NCBI GenBank assembly: GCA_951406725.2
Contig: OX597816.1
Coordinates: 52,452,001-52,516,000 of the forward strand
DNA: 64,000 nucleotides
Direction of reading: 5' to 3'
From: Octopus vulgaris
Lineage: Eukaryota
Part shown: piece after piece, positions 39,086 to 54,967 of the stretch
Layout: every line of letters starts with the position of its first letter
Position numbering within the stretch: the stretch's first letter is position 1
Position numbers and translations under genes: made by a program
Notes under the pieces: generated by a model
Told to the model about the DNA's origin: nothing
What the model saw: the letters and a program-made list of their open reading frames with translations, nothing else
Databases searched by the model: none

Positions 39086-39424
39086 TGTTTCACAAACTTT
39101 GAAATAAAATAAGCAATTAGTCACACACACACATACACACACACACAAACACACATGTATATGGTTCGTTTGTATTGCATTTGATATATAAAAAAAAGGG
39201 GGAAGTGAAATCGTTTAAAACTGTTGGTAAAAAACTTGGCAACAGAAATGAAATATTTGGTAGAAAAATATGGAACAAAGAGAACGTTTGTTACAAGATT
39301 CTTTGCAGTAAATTTAAAGAATTCTCCAAAATAATTTTGTAAACCTAAATTAAAGCGAAATATCTAAATATTTTCAGAATCATGTAGTAAAAAAAGAAAT
39401 TAATTTTCAAAAAGTAAAATGAAA

Positions 39425-39589
39425 TAGGCATAGGAGTGGCTGTGTGGTAAGTAGCTTGCATACCAACCACATCGTTCTGGGTTCAGTCTCACTGCATGGC
39501 AACTTGGGCAAGTATCTTCTAATATAGCCTCGGGCCGACCAAAGCCTTGTGAGTGGATTTGGTAGACGGAAACTGAAAGAAGCCCATCG

Positions 39590-39641
<52 letters not shown>

Positions 39642-39741
39642 AGTCTATGTTTGTACACCCCCCCCCCAACATTGCTTGACAACCGATGCTGGTGTGTTTA
39701 CGTCCCTGTAACTTAGCAGTTCGGCAATGAGTAAAAGAGTA
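39425..39741 (+). mobile_element. SINE family A with internal deletion, ending ~35 bp from an exon donor
   Basis: Family A homology. Confidence 0.85.
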
Positions 39742-39775
39742 AAGAACGGAAAGAACCTGAGCAAAGGTACAATAC

Positions 39776-39895
39776 CTGAGTGAAGTAGTAGTCAAATGCT
39801 GGTGGATCCTCTTTCAGTAAACGGTATGCATCAACAGGTACAAAGGTGATCCGAAAAAGACATCTAAAGTGACGTGACCCTGGTCGGGCTGCAAC
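39776..39895 (-). CDS. FRMPD4: FRMPD4-like internal exon (FERM F1/F2 junction)
   Basis: tcgcag|...|gtattg boundaries, 120 nt. VAARPGSRHFRCLFRITFVPVDAYRLLKEDPPAFDYYFTQ resembles [30 protein letters not shown]. Confidence 0.95.
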
Positions 39896-39984
39896 CTGCG
39901 AAAAAAACAAAACCAGTAAGAAATTTCAAAAACGCTATTAGACAAAATACATCATCATTACCAACACCATCACAATCTGTTGCT

Positions 39985-40762
39985 CTATTACTCACGAGGG
40001 GATAAATATAGAGGAGACAAACAAGGACAGACAAACGGATTAAGTCGATTACATCAACCCCCAGTGCGTAACTGGTACTTAATTTATCGACAACGAAAGG
40101 ATGAAAGGCAAAGTCGACCTCGGCAGAATTTGAACTCAGAAAGTAACGGCAGACGAAATACCTATTCCTTTACTACCCACAAGGGGCTAAACACAGAGGG
40201 GACAAACAAGGACAGACAAACGGGTTAAGTCGATTACATCGACCCAGTGCGTAACTGGTACTTAATTTATCGACCCCGAAATGATGAAAGGCAAAGTCAA
40301 CCTCGGCGGAATTTGAACTCAGAATGTAACAGCTGACGAAATACCTATTTCTTTACTACCCACAAGGGGCTAAACACAGAGGGGACAAACAAGGACAGAC
40401 AAACGGGTTAAGTCGATTACATCGACCCAGTGCGTAACTGGTACTTAATTTATCGACCCCGAAATGATGAAAGGCAAAGTCAACCTCGGCGGAATTTGAA
40501 CTCAGAATGTAACAGCTGACGAAATACCTATTTCTTTACTACCCACAAGGGGCTAAACACAGAGGGGACAAACAAGGACAGACAAACGGATTAAGTCGAT
40601 TACATCGACTCCAGTGTGTAACTGGTACTTAATTTATCGATCCCGAAATGATGAAAGGCGAAGTCGACCTCGGCAGAATTTGAACTCAGAGCATAACAGC
40701 AGACAAAATACGGCTACGCATTTTGCCCAGAGTGCTAACGATTCTGCCAACTCGCCACCTTT
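39985..40762 (-). repeat. Tandem array of SINE family C (4 units, 183-bp period, single head)
   Basis: Junction cgaaatacctatt recurs with cctatt at 40161, 40344 and 40527. Confidence 0.9.
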
Positions 40763-41527
40763 TAATATTCATTTTTTTTTCATGCTGAAATGAGTTATAC
40801 ATGCTCTTCTTAAAGCCAACCACTTTTACAGAGTATACTGGGTACATTTCCTTGGCTTTCCTGCCTTGCAGTTTCAGGTACTGTCTTACTGTGTGATACC
40901 TTATGCAAGAGTCTTTTACTATAGCCCCAGGTTCACCAAAGCTTTTTTGAGTAAATTTGGTGAACAGAGGCTGAAAGAAGCTCATCACAGACACATGCAC
41001 ACGCACACACACACATGTATATTTGTGTGCATGGGTGTGCCTCCTTGTCTGGAAATAACGTGGTTCTTAACAAACATCACAATCATACGAGTGATGGTGT
41101 TTGTGTCCAGATTTCCATGAAAAGCTTGTCTGGACATGGGGAAATATTACCTTGCATGAAAATAGAAGGTAGATAACAGGAAGGTCATGTGAACAATGAA
41201 TTCCATCAGACCCAAGCAAGCATGGAAATGTGGACATTAAAATTATGATGATTATAGTGTAATAATAATAATAATAATAGTAATAATAGCAAAAAAAAGA
41301 AGAGTGCCATTGTTATCAAGTGAGCAATACTTCAGTATCTAGTGTGCCTTGCACAGATTCAAGAAATAAACTTGTCAATCTACTTTTTTTTTCTTTCTTC
41401 TGTATACCTGCTGGAGGAGTTACCTCAATTCTATAAAATATTACTAATATTACTACTACTACTACGACTACTACTACTAATAATAATAATATATAATAAT
41501 AATATTATATATGTATATATATACATA

Positions 41528-42812
41528 CAGGGTGCAATGGGTAAATTGTTGCCATTTTATACTTTTAATTTTGCACATGTGCATTGCTTGTTTTTGATTT
41601 TGTTGAATATACAGTATTGTAGGGTCAGTTGGGCAGTGTCTGTGAGAAAAACAGCACCATGATGCAATTCACTCTGCCAGATATTTGGAAACGACATGCT
41701 GTGCTGCTTGGCATTCACACTGGAAGCTCCAATACGAACAATTCGCAGTGTTTGGGAGTCAATCTGAGGACAGTGCAACGGATTTCAGAAAGAGTTGGAT
41801 GAGACAAATGGTGATTAAGAAGGCATGACAGCTTAGAAAAAACTCATTCTGAGAAGAAAAGAATTCTTGGATTTGTTGGTGAGATCTAGGCCATGATTGG
41901 CAACAATCCCTCCAAGTCAATCAGGTCCACTTCCAGGGACATGGGTTTCTTATCAGGCAGGTAGTGCATGAAGACATTTGGTATTCCTTGTACAAGATGA
42001 GAAAGGGCCAATTTTTATCCCAAGCCATCAAGGACAAGAGGAAAGACTGCACTATGAAGCTTTTGAACTAACTCAAGTATTCCCCCCAATCAAACATGGT
42101 TTGGTTTTTCTCAGATGAGAAAAATTTCTGCTAGGATCAGATGGTGAACACACAAAATAACTGTTAGCTTGCCGTGTCCCCAAAACATGTACTGAGAGTA
42201 ATAAAAATGAAAGATCTAGTCAACATCATGCTATTTGGAGTGATCACTAGTGATGGCAACGTTATGCCTCCATTCATCTTCCCACATGGCTTCAGACTCA
42301 ACACAGAGGCCTACATCAAGTGCCTGGAGAGGTAGTGTTACCCTGGGTCAAGAGGGTGACTGCTGGAAAACCCTATGTCTGGCAACAGGACTTTGCACCA
42401 TGCCACACAAGCAAGAGAACCAAGTCATGGCTGTCAGACAATATCTGCAACCACATGACCCCTAATATATGGCCACCTGACTCCCCAGACTGCAACCTCA
42501 TTGATATCTATGTGTGGGGTGCAGTTGCGCAAGAGACCAGCAAAACTCCTTGTAACACCAAAGATGAACTGAAGGCAAGGATTATGGCTGCATTCACCAA
42601 TGTAAATAAGGAGACTATCCAGAAGAGTAGTAGGAGATTCCAAAGCTGTCTGGAAGCCATAGTTGAAGTCAATGGCGATTTTATTGAATAAATTTACTCT
42701 TTAGTATTTCAAGATACTTTTATGTAATTTTCATAAACATATGTTAAAATGAGATGTCAGTGTTATTTTCATTTTTGCATAATTTAGACAACAGTTCATT
42801 CACTGCACCCTG
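41528..42812 (+). mobile_element. Decayed Tc1/mariner transposon, DD37D (maT) family
   Basis: Termini ta|cagggtgca...tgcaccctg, ~1285 bp. Motifs FSDEKNF, QQDFAPCH and WPPDSPDCNLID, with 37 residues between the 2nd and 3rd Asp. Stops and frameshifts occur in the 5' half. Confidence 0.9.
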
Positions 42813-44099
42813 TGTATATGTATGTATATATATATATATTTATATGTGTGTGTGTGTATGTATATATTTGTATGTCTATGTATGTATATATGTATGTGTT
42901 TGTGTGTATTATTTTTATATGGAAAGCAAAGCTAAGTGTTGAAATACATTATGCCAAGTGGGGCATAATTGGGAGAAATGATTGAGAATCACAGCTGTAT
43001 ATGGTCATTAGGCCTGCTAAAAAAACTCTTTAAAAGAAATAAAAGATCATATATACATATGTCATAGTGTAATCTGAGAAGAACTGTCTGAAGAAGCAGG
43101 CTAGTCAGTGATGAAACGTTTTTGATTATAGGTCTGCTGACCAGGAAGTAAACAAGAATAGCAACAATAATGCTGCAGAAATGAATAATTAATGGCTTCC
43201 GTTCCAATATGGAATTTCGTAAATGTAAGACGTTTTATTAGGAATGTCTCATAAAGATGTAATGCTAAACGTTGATTCTTGGAATCTCTTTATTCAACAA
43301 AAACATGTAGGATTTTTCATACATATAATTCTAGCCTGATATCACTATTTTTATTTCAGTAAATATATAGCTTTTCAATTGTGTAACATGGAAATTTAAC
43401 TTTTTTTCTTTTATTCACTTTCTAAAATCATAATTTTAACTGCAACAATTTTCATTCATTCTTTCTATCTTTTTGTTGTGCAAACAACAAAGAACAAGTT
43501 GTTTTCTAGAGAATACAATTTGTATTTTCATTTTGTAATGTAAATTTTACAGAAATCATTATATTATAAATGAAATATAGTGTTAAAGGCATGAAGTTTA
43601 TGATTAGCACTCATGGATCAAAGGAAAATATATAACACTTGTTATTTACTGCTTTCTTTAGAAGTTACAGATTATAAAAGAGCAGGTGTTTTAGCAAATA
43701 AAATTTCTAGTTTCTCTGTTTTCTAAGCAAGTGGGAAATATTCTTTCAACATTTCACTAGTCTCAGTTATTGAACCACTGTCACACCAGGTTCTTTGAAG
43801 GATTATTTTTTTGTCAATCACATCATCACCAGTACTTATTTCAGTGCATGCTTCTTTAGGTTATTTTTGTCCATAATTTCTCAAATGATTTCAGTAAAAA
43901 TGAAAAAAAGTATGTATGAGAAAATGTAGCACTTAAGATTTTGATAGACTAAAATTCATAACAGCAGGACCCACTAAAACCCATGAAGATGGGACCCACT
44001 GAACAATTCGATTGACTAAAACTCTTGAACATGGGACCCAGTATGGCCACAATCCAATAACTGAACCAAATGAAAGAATAACAAACTAAAAGGAGCTAA

Positions 44100-44494
44100 T
44101 CTCTATATATATAAAGCTGAAGTTGTCTGTGTGTGTGGCAGGTTTGGTAGCCTTCAACTAACACTATCTCTTCCGAGACCCTGCAGTGCAAGTTGACCAA
44201 AATTGAGAGTATAACAGAAGAAAGCTTGCTTTTCATTCTGTAGAAGATAAAATTCAAATCAGACCATGTTAAAACCAAAAATTATTTACATCAAAAAGGT
44301 GCTTTTTTTTCTATGAAAATCCCTATATTTTACGATTTTTTGACTGCTGTGTCACCAATTTTTAGTGTATTTCAACCTGAAAAATGTTCACTTCAAGAGG
44401 AAAACAAGCTACATAATGCAAAATTTTTACTTTTCAAAAATTTCAATTCTAAAGGGTTGAAACATACCTGAGCAAAGCTGGGCGATACTGCTAG
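44100..44494 (+). mobile_element. Non-autonomous Helitron (same family)
   Basis: A|TC start and CTAG|T end. Colinear with 2573-2958. Confidence 0.8.
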
Positions 44495-45390
44495 TATCTA
44501 ATAAGAACACATCAGATTATGTCAAGCTCTTCTTTGCATTATCAGGTTGATAAATGAACCCTTTGCAATGTCTTTGCCATGTGCTTACCATTGTGAGTGG
44601 CTTGGGACAATTCTCAGCAGATGAACTGTAGACTGTTGCCCATCCTTTGTTTCACTTCCTTACTTCACAGCTAACACAATTTCTTCTGCAGAAGCTTGTC
44701 CAGTATAAAACCAAGCATATAAGTTCATTTGGAGGCAGTTAGTAAAGAGTGCCTAAAATTATGTTCTTGTTGTTTACCCCAGGATCAACCCTGGTTGAGT
44801 AAACCTATGAACAAACCCTGTTTCATTCACTACTTTCTTTAATATCTCTTTTTTTATTTTTCTTTAAAGACAGTAGCATGTGATTTGAAGATAATTTGGC
44901 TGCTGTTACTAGCAGATTTTGTTGCCATGTAGAGGCTCCTTCATTCATTCAGGTAAATTTTTTGTCAATATGTTCTCAGTAAACTTAGTTAGATTTAGAT
45001 TCAACTTTTAAAGGAGATAATTTCATTTTATCAATTCACTAATTCAACTAGGCTTTGATTTCAAGATTGCCTTTCCTCCTCCCAGGGGTCAGTAAATAAA
45101 GGACCTATCTTTTATGACATTTGCTCTGGCACTTAGCATTCTGAGTTCAAATCCAGCTATAGCCTACTTAGGTGGCAGACTTAATCTATCAAAGTTTTAT
45201 ATCACCACCTGGTAAGTTTAGCAGCATCTGTTCCATTGAAATCATTTTGACCACTTCTCTTGTTGGAGAATCCTTGCCTCTCCCTTTCTCTCACAAGCCC
45301 CAGCAGTCTTGAAACATGTGATGGGCACTATTCCCCCTTTCTGCTTGACTGGCAAGAAAAGCAAACAATCATGAAATGACCCCCCAATCA

Positions 45391-45580
45391 TAGGCACAAG
45401 CATGGCTGTATGGTAAGAAGCTTGCTTCCCAACCATATGGTTCCGGGTTCAGTCCTATTGCATGACACCTTGAACAAGTGACTCCCACTAAAGCCATGTG
45501 TTGACCAAAGCCTTGTGAGTGGATTTGGCAGACGGAAACTGAAAGAAACCCATTGTGTGTGGGGTGGGTGGGGGGGTATG

Positions 45581-45614
<34 letters not shown>

Positions 45615-45843
45615 CGTATGTATCTATGTGTGTGTCTTTATGTCTGTGCTTGTCCCCCCATCACTGCCTGACAACTGGTGTTGTGTGTTTACATCCCTGT
45701 AACTTAGCAGTTTGGCAAAAGAATCCAGTAGAATAAATACTAGGCTTAAAATATAAGTCCTAGGGTCAATTTATTCAACTAAATCCCTTCAAGATGGTAC
45801 TCCAGCATGACCATAGTCCAATGACTGAAACAAGTAAAAGAAT
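45391..45843 (+). mobile_element. SINE family A, older copy
   Basis: Family A homology. Confidence 0.8.
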
Positions 45844-46080
45844 AAATGAAGTACTAAGTTGTTAGTTTCCCATTTGTTCTCATTAGTTTCCAAAATCTAT
45901 AATCATGAAGGGGAATACTTTCTTATGTTAGCATATCAAGTTTAATCTGAGGATTTCATTCTATAAATAACTGCCTTCTGCTAATAAAGTAGTTAACAAA
46001 TAAACAACCTTTTGTTCAGATTGAATTGCAATTTAATACTAGGAGGCAAGTCTTAATAATATTCAATGTGATCCTATTTC

Positions 46081-48150
<2,070 letters not shown>

Positions 48151-48632
48151 GAGTGTATCTATATTCATATGTGTGTGTAGGGGAGTAAATGTAAGGATAA
48201 GCAAGTATGTATGTATACATATAACATGTGTATGTTTGTATATACATATAGACACACACACACATGCACCAGGTTCTTTTCTTTCAAATGCAATTAAAGA
48301 GATTTATATAAAAAAATATAGTACAGTAGAAGATGAAATTACACTTCCTTAAACTTCATTTCTTAATTGGTAATAACAAAGAACACATTGACTATTATGG
48401 TAGCTTTCCTTGTTATTTTAGAATTTGGTTTGCTTCATACAAAAGCTGAACGGTTTTCTTCAAATTCAATCAGATAATATAATAATACACCTGATCATAA
48501 TTAAAAAATTTCATGGATGCATTGCCTACCTGAAAGGAGAGTTTGAGTGCTGAGAACATCTTTCAATTTAAGCTTCTTTTACTGTATGTCTGCATTTATT
48601 TTTGAGAAGAAAATACAAAATAATGTCATTAC

Positions 48633-48764
48633 CTCAGCAACAGTTTCATTTTCTCGTAGAATAGATAGTTTCCCTGGAATAGGGCTTCGCATGTTGAAAA
48701 GTACCAAAGCAAAATGATGTATGCTCTTGATATTCAGCTTTTCTTGTAGAGAGTTGATAACATC
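48633..48764 (-). CDS. FRMPD4: FRMPD4-like internal exon (FERM F1)
   Basis: ttttcag|...|gtaatg boundaries, 132 nt, phase 0/0. DVINSLQEKLNIKSIHHFALVLFNMRSPIPGKLSILRENETVAE resembles [20 protein letters not shown]. Too short for the ORF track. Confidence 0.92.
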
Positions 48765-49235
48765 CTGAAAATTTATTAAAAGTGTGTTTATTTAATGAGA
48801 TTTACAATAACAGCAATAAATGTATTATTAAATACACTGATTAAAAAATAAAATATTCAATATACATGCAAAAAAAAAAACCTGTATGGAATATTTTCTG
48901 TAGCTTAATTCATTTTCATCTTTATACTCTCAACTACCACAGCTAATTTCATCATCACTACCATTGTCAATATTTTCTACTCCCTTATTATGTCTTAGGC
49001 CCTGCTTTTTATTCTGTAGAAATTAAAATAGTTCTCTCACTCTACAGATATCGAACATGTAGTCTCAAATCTTCAATAACCTTTCTTGAGTTTTGATTGA
49101 GAAGAAAAAAAAAGGAAAAATAACAGGTGCTGGCATGGCTGTGTGGCTAAAAATCTCATTTTGCATCTACGTGATTTTGGGTTCAATTTCACTGCACAGC
49201 ACTTTGTGCAAGTGTCTTTTTTATTTATTTTTTTT

Positions 49236-49544
49236 GCGCCCTTTTCAAGCCTAGCCAGGCTCATGGGCCTGGTTTCCCAGTTTCTCTGGTGTATGTGTTC
49301 CCCCCAGCTGGATGGGATGCCAGCCCATCGAAGCATTACCCAAGAAACAGGAAGAAAGAGCGAGAGAAAGTTGGGGCTAAAGAGTACAACAGAGGTCACC
49401 ACTACCCCCTGCCGGAGCCTCGTGGAGCTTTAGGTGTTTTCGCTCAGTAAACACATACCCACATAACGCTCAGTCTGGGAATCGAAACAGTGATCTTCCG
49501 ACCGTGAGTCCACTGCCCTAACCACTGGGCCATTGTGCCTCCAC
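49236..49544 (-). mobile_element. tRNA(Arg)-derived SINE (family R) nested in a decayed SINE-A
   Basis: Colinear with 37680-37990. Confidence 0.8.
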
Positions 49545-50053
49545 TTTTATTATTATTTTATGTGCCTTACTTTAAATTTAAGTGGGTCAATGCCTTACAT
49601 GTGGGTCTGGTTAATAGAAACTATGTAGAAGCCTACAGAGTGTGTGTTTGTGAATCTTTATTAAAGAAGTGATGTTGGGTTTTTTTATGTTCCCATAGCT
49701 TAGTGATTTCACCAGAGAGACTAATAAAGTTAGAAGGAAACATTAAAAATAAGTACTTTGGGTAATTTTTTTAAAACTAAACCCTTCAAGACAGTGCCCC
49801 AGTATGGCTGCAATCCAATGACTAAAACCTGGAAAACATGAAAATTCAAGTGCAGATAGGTAAAAGGATAAGGGACTGTAAATACTTTCTAAACCTGGAA
49901 CATTGAGATTCATATTGTTATAGATATGAAACAATTTCTGTAACTTTATGAGAGATTCTCTTTTGAAAATCCTGTCAACAATATACAAAATTTTCCCAAA
50001 ACACTACAATGAATTAATGAAGGCACAGAGCAGAGCCCTGGTGAACACCTGTC

Positions 50054-50779
50054 TATATATACTACATTTAGCATTTAAGCCAGACCAAATATTCTACCTG
50101 TTTTATGTTCAAACCAACCAGATCTAGCCTCTCACACCTATCCTGTAATGTCATTCTAAAATAAACACCAACATCATCAATATCTCACATCCACAAGATA
50201 ATGCAAGATTAATTCAAACCAATTAATTCATTAAAGATGAAAGGGAGGGTCTATAAATGTTGTGTGAGAGCTGAAATGCTGTATGGGAGTGAGACATGGT
50301 GTCTGAAGGAGGGAGATGGTAATTTTGAGAAGGACAGAGAGAGCAATGGTAAGAGAAATGTGTGGGGTGAAGCTGTTTGATAAGAGGAGGACTGAGGATT
50401 TGATGGGAATGCTGGGGTTGGAGGAATCGGTGGAATGGTTGGGTGAATGGAGTGAGGTGGTATAGGCATGTGTTGAGGAGGGATGAAGAGCATGTTCTGA
50501 GGAGGGTGATTGCATTTGAGGTAAATGGAGTATGAAAGCGAGGTAGACTGGGGAAAAAGTGGAGGGGACAGGGGAGGAGGAAATTGGGAGGGTTGGTTGG
50601 AAAAAGGAGGATGCCTAAAACCGGGCAAGATGGTGCGAGGGCGGTTGCTACGGCATTGATGTAAATCTGGCCACCCTGGTTAACAGGGACAAAACCAAGA
50701 CTTAAAACACTGGATGATGATGATGTATGTGAATAAATAAGCATTACATTTGACAGTAAAATCAATGCTAAAGGGTTAA
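50054..50779 (+). mobile_element. piggyBac-type MITE interrupted by an RTE 3' fragment (50224-50727)
   Basis: The right end is atgctaaaggg|TTAA. The insert reads KGRVYKCCVRAEMLYGSETW..VRWYRHVLRR and has a (GAT)n tail. Confidence 0.75.
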
Positions 50780-50865
50780 TACTTTCTGTTACTGAAAGAA
50801 AGAGAAAAATTCAGATTTTAGAAATGTTTCTGCAACTTTTTGGATCACAAACTGTTTCAGATGCA

Positions 50866-51101
50866 ATACCTATTTCTTTACTACCCACAAGGTGCTAAAC
50901 ACAGAGAGGACAAACAAGGACAGACAAACAGATTAAGTCAATTACATTGACCCCAGTGCGTAACTGGTACTTAATTTATCGACCCCGAAAGGATGAAAGG
51001 CAAAGTCGACCTCGGCAGAATTTGAACTCAGAACGTAGCGGCAGACGAAATATGGCTATGAATTTCGCCCGGCATGCTAACGTTTCTGCCAGCTCGCCGC
51101 C
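50866..51101 (-). mobile_element. SINE family C (Nin-like central domain)
   Basis: Head ggcggcgagctggcaga..gagttcaaattc. Central gcctttcatcctttcggggtcgataaattaagtacc resembles the Nin domain. Confidence 0.8.
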
Positions 51102-52169
51102 TACTATTATTGCTTCTCACACTGACTATCTAACATTTTCTTCACTATTATTTGTCATCCAGGGTCAGGCAAGATATCAGTGGGACTGAACTGAAAACCA
51201 TGTGGTAAGAAAGCACACTTTTTACTCACACACTTATGCCTGTACTTTGAAGTTGCACAGTTACTGATAAAACTCCAAGCATTGTTGAAATGTGCATATA
51301 CAGCTGTTCCTTCTTTTCCTGACTGTAAACATACATTGTGTGTGTGTGTGTGTGTTTGCATATAAAAATATTTTCACTGAATTTTTAACCTCTTCCTTTT
51401 CCCCTTAACGTTTTTATCCACATTATCGCAACTGCCACCAACACCACCTACCTCATCACAACCCTTACCGTCAATGTCTACATCTTTTGACTAAAAAATA
51501 CAATTGAAGCACAAGAGGAGTAGAAGAGTTGGGTTATGTTAATGCATTCTGTTATCCAAAGAAAGAAGTTTTCAGATTTGAAATTTCTGCAATTTTTTTG
51601 ACAGATTCTGTTTTGAAAATCAGATAAAAAATATACAGAAGTTCCCAAGAACAATAAGTTTTGAACTCCTGTGGTGTATAACATCTATTCATTCTCAATA
51701 TGTTCTGGCAGAATCAAATGTGTATATCTGATCGCTATTCTGTTTTGTTTATTGTTCTTTCCTTTGGGTATTGGAGAACATCACCACGTTTTAGAAGATG
51801 TAAGTCCATAACATAAGAAGTTAACTGGTGTATCACATGTGTTATGAATACACGTTTTCTAAAGGGAGGAAATATTTCCTGATGATGCAAATCAACGTTG
51901 ATCAAATATTCAAGATCGAATCTGCCAGAATATTTTGAGAGTGAATCTTTCGTCTTTTGTCTTTCACTTGTTTCAGTTATTTGACTGTAGCCATGCTGGG
52001 GCACCACTTCGAAGTGCTTTAGCTGAACAAGTTGACCCCAGGACTTTTTGTTTTTTTCAGCCTGGTACTTATTCTATCAGTCTCGTTTTGCTGAGAACTG
52101 CTATGTTATGAGGATGTAAACATGCCAACACCATTTGTCAGGCAGGGACAGGGGACAAACACAAGCATA

Positions 52170-52360
52170 ATGGTATGATAGTTCGGTAACCACTACACAC
52201 ATTTTTTTCTCTCCTTGTTTCTTTCTGTGTTCCTTTCTGTGGAAGAGCGTAGGCTCGAAACATTAAAAACTTTTTCAATTCTCAAGCATTATACTAATAC
52301 ATCTGTTTGTTTTCTACACCAGCTGTCTTTGTCTTTTGTTTTTTTCGTGAATTCTCCCCA
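52170..52360 (+). mobile_element. Penelope-like terminal repeat, family P copy C
   Basis: Same family, nested at the microsatellite of a decayed SINE-A (51950-52530). Confidence 0.65.
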
Positions 52361-52361
52361 C

Positions 52362-52394
<33 letters not shown>

Positions 52395-53878
52395 TATATA
52401 TTCACGATGGGCTTCTTCCGGTTCCTGTCTACCAAATCCATTCACAGGGCTTTGATCAGCCCAAGGTGATGTCCAAAGTGCCATGCAATGGAACTAAACC
52501 AGGAACCATGTGATTGGGAAGCAAGCTTCTTACTGTTTCTGAATGTACCTCATGAATTATTATCCTGAGATGGGAATTTAAAAAAATAAAAATTATAATG
52601 GATATATAAAGTTTCAGGAAGATTCCTGATAAACACACATATAGCAAATCTCTCACTGAACTTCACAGCTAATATTAACTTTCTTAACACCATTCTCATA
52701 TATGGCTTGTACAGCATTCATGACGTAATCACCTGTACCTAGTTACATTTATACCCACCTGGCTACTGTGACACTGTAAAAGATCTTGTCTTGTTTTACA
52801 GCTGCAAAAAATAGAGTGATGCCTTTGCAGCTAAGAATTTTCCTTGCAATCTCATTAAAAATTTGGAATTTCTGCATCTGTGTATGGACACAAACCCAAA
52901 CTATCATACCATAATTAATCTAGATCAGATTGTACTGAAATATTCTCATTGCAAAAAATCAAAAAAATCAACATATTGATCAAAATGATAAGAGAGAAGT
53001 ATCATAATTAAAAATGATGTTGATTTAAATATTATTTCAGTTATCCCAAGAAATTGGTACAGCCAATGTTTTGATTTTCTTCAAAAGCAACACATCATTT
53101 TGATGTTTGTTATTTTTTTTGGCTTTATTACAGTATTAGTTTCTTTATATTTCTTTAAAGAAATCATTTTGTTGTATGTTCATTGATTAACTAAACATGT
53201 TACTTATTGACTTGCCTCTATCCAAAGACAAACAGACAGAAAATTGCATGCACACACTCACACACACAAAGACACTCACTCACACATACAAAGACACACA
53301 CACGATCACCCAGAGGTGATTTCCAATAAATTTGTTCAGGGAGGAAGGTCTGCTAGATTTTATATGAAATCTGAATTCAAAAGATTTAGTTGTTTATTTT
53401 TTTGTTTGTATTTTCTCATTTTTTGTTTCATGAAATTTTTATGCATCAATGTTTTGTGTTAATTTTGTTTCTGCTTGATTAATTTTTTGGTGAGTTTAAT
53501 TAAAGACCGTTAAATTTCTTTGGAGATAAATTTACTGAGGTTTCTTCTTTTTTTTTTTCCTGGCTTAAAGCAAATATTATGAAGGAATAGATAAGCAGTC
53601 AAGCCATTGGTCAAAAGATCACAATTTCAAATATTAACATAGATATTATATTGTATTCCAATAAAAAGAGCACATCACCTGCCTCTGTAAAAACATCTCG
53701 AAAATACTTGTAATTTTACCAAAATGCGTTAAAATTAAAATGGTAAAGGAGTATTAGCAGGGCTGAGTTTACACACTACACAGACTAGATGATTATCAGG
53801 GGTACTAAAATCAGGGTCCCACAAATAACCAATACAAAATTTCTTCATCCAATCAAAAACACAAACATATACTAATAG

Positions 53879-54111
53879 GAAGTGGCAAACTGGCAGAAAC
53901 ATTAGCGCACCGGGCGAAATGCTTAGCGGTATTTCGTCTGCCGTTACGTTCTGAGTTCAAATTCTACCGAGGTCGACTTTGCCTTTCATCCTTTCGGGGT
54001 TGATAAATTAAGTACCAGTTACGCACTGGGGTCAATGTAATTGACTTAATCCGTTTGTCTGTCCTTGTTTGTCCCCTCTATGTTTAGCCCCTTGTGGACA
54101 ATAAAGAAATA
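53879..54111 (+). mobile_element. SINE family C
   Basis: Full-length colinear copy. Confidence 0.8.
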
Positions 54112-54281
54112 ACAAACATTTACTTATAGAGTGAACACATGAGATCACTTTTAGAAAAATGAAGGGTGGAAGACATGGGTGAGTGGAGAGAGGTTCATGC
54201 AGTCAAACAGTCACATGATTTGGCATGGAATATTTCAAACTTTGCCCAGTAACAGTGACATGAATGATCATAAATCATGTA

Positions 54282-54967
54282 TATATATACTACATTTAGC
54301 ATTTAAACCAGACCAAATATTCTACCTGTTTTATGTTCAAACCAACCAGATCTAGCCTCTCACACCTATCCTGAAATGTCATTCTAAAATGAACACCAAC
54401 ATCATCAATATCTCACATCTACAAGATAATGCAAGATTAATTCAAACCAATTAATTCATTAAAGATGAAGGGAAGGGTCTATAAATGTTGTGTGAGAGCT
54501 GAAATGCTGTATGGGAGTGAGACATGGTGTCTGAAGGAGAGAGATGGTAATTTTGAGAAGGACGGAGAGAGCAATGGTGTGAGAAATGTGTGGGGTGAAG
54601 CTGTTTGATAAGAGGAGGACTGAGGATTTGATGGGAATGCTGGGGTTGGAGGAATCGGTGGAATGGTTGGGCGAATGGAGTGAGGTGGTATAGGCATGTG
54701 TTGAGGAGGGATGAAGAGCATGTTCTGAGGAGGGTGATTGCATTTGAGGTAAATGCCACATGAAAGCGAGGTTGACTGAGGAAAAAGTTGAGGGGACTGG
54801 TGGAAGAGAAGACTGGAAGGGTTGGTTGGAAAAAGGAGGATGCCCAAAACCGAGCGAGATGATGCGAGGGTGGTTGCTATGGCATTGAGATAGATCTGGC
54901 CACCCCGGTTAACAGGGACAAAACCCAGATTTAAAACACTGGATGATGATGATGTATGTGAATAAAT
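54282..54967 (+). repeat. Local duplicate of the MITE/RTE composite at 50054-50738
   Basis: Colinear and highly similar, with the same left truncation and the same insertion junction. Offset 4228 bp. Confidence 0.9.
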
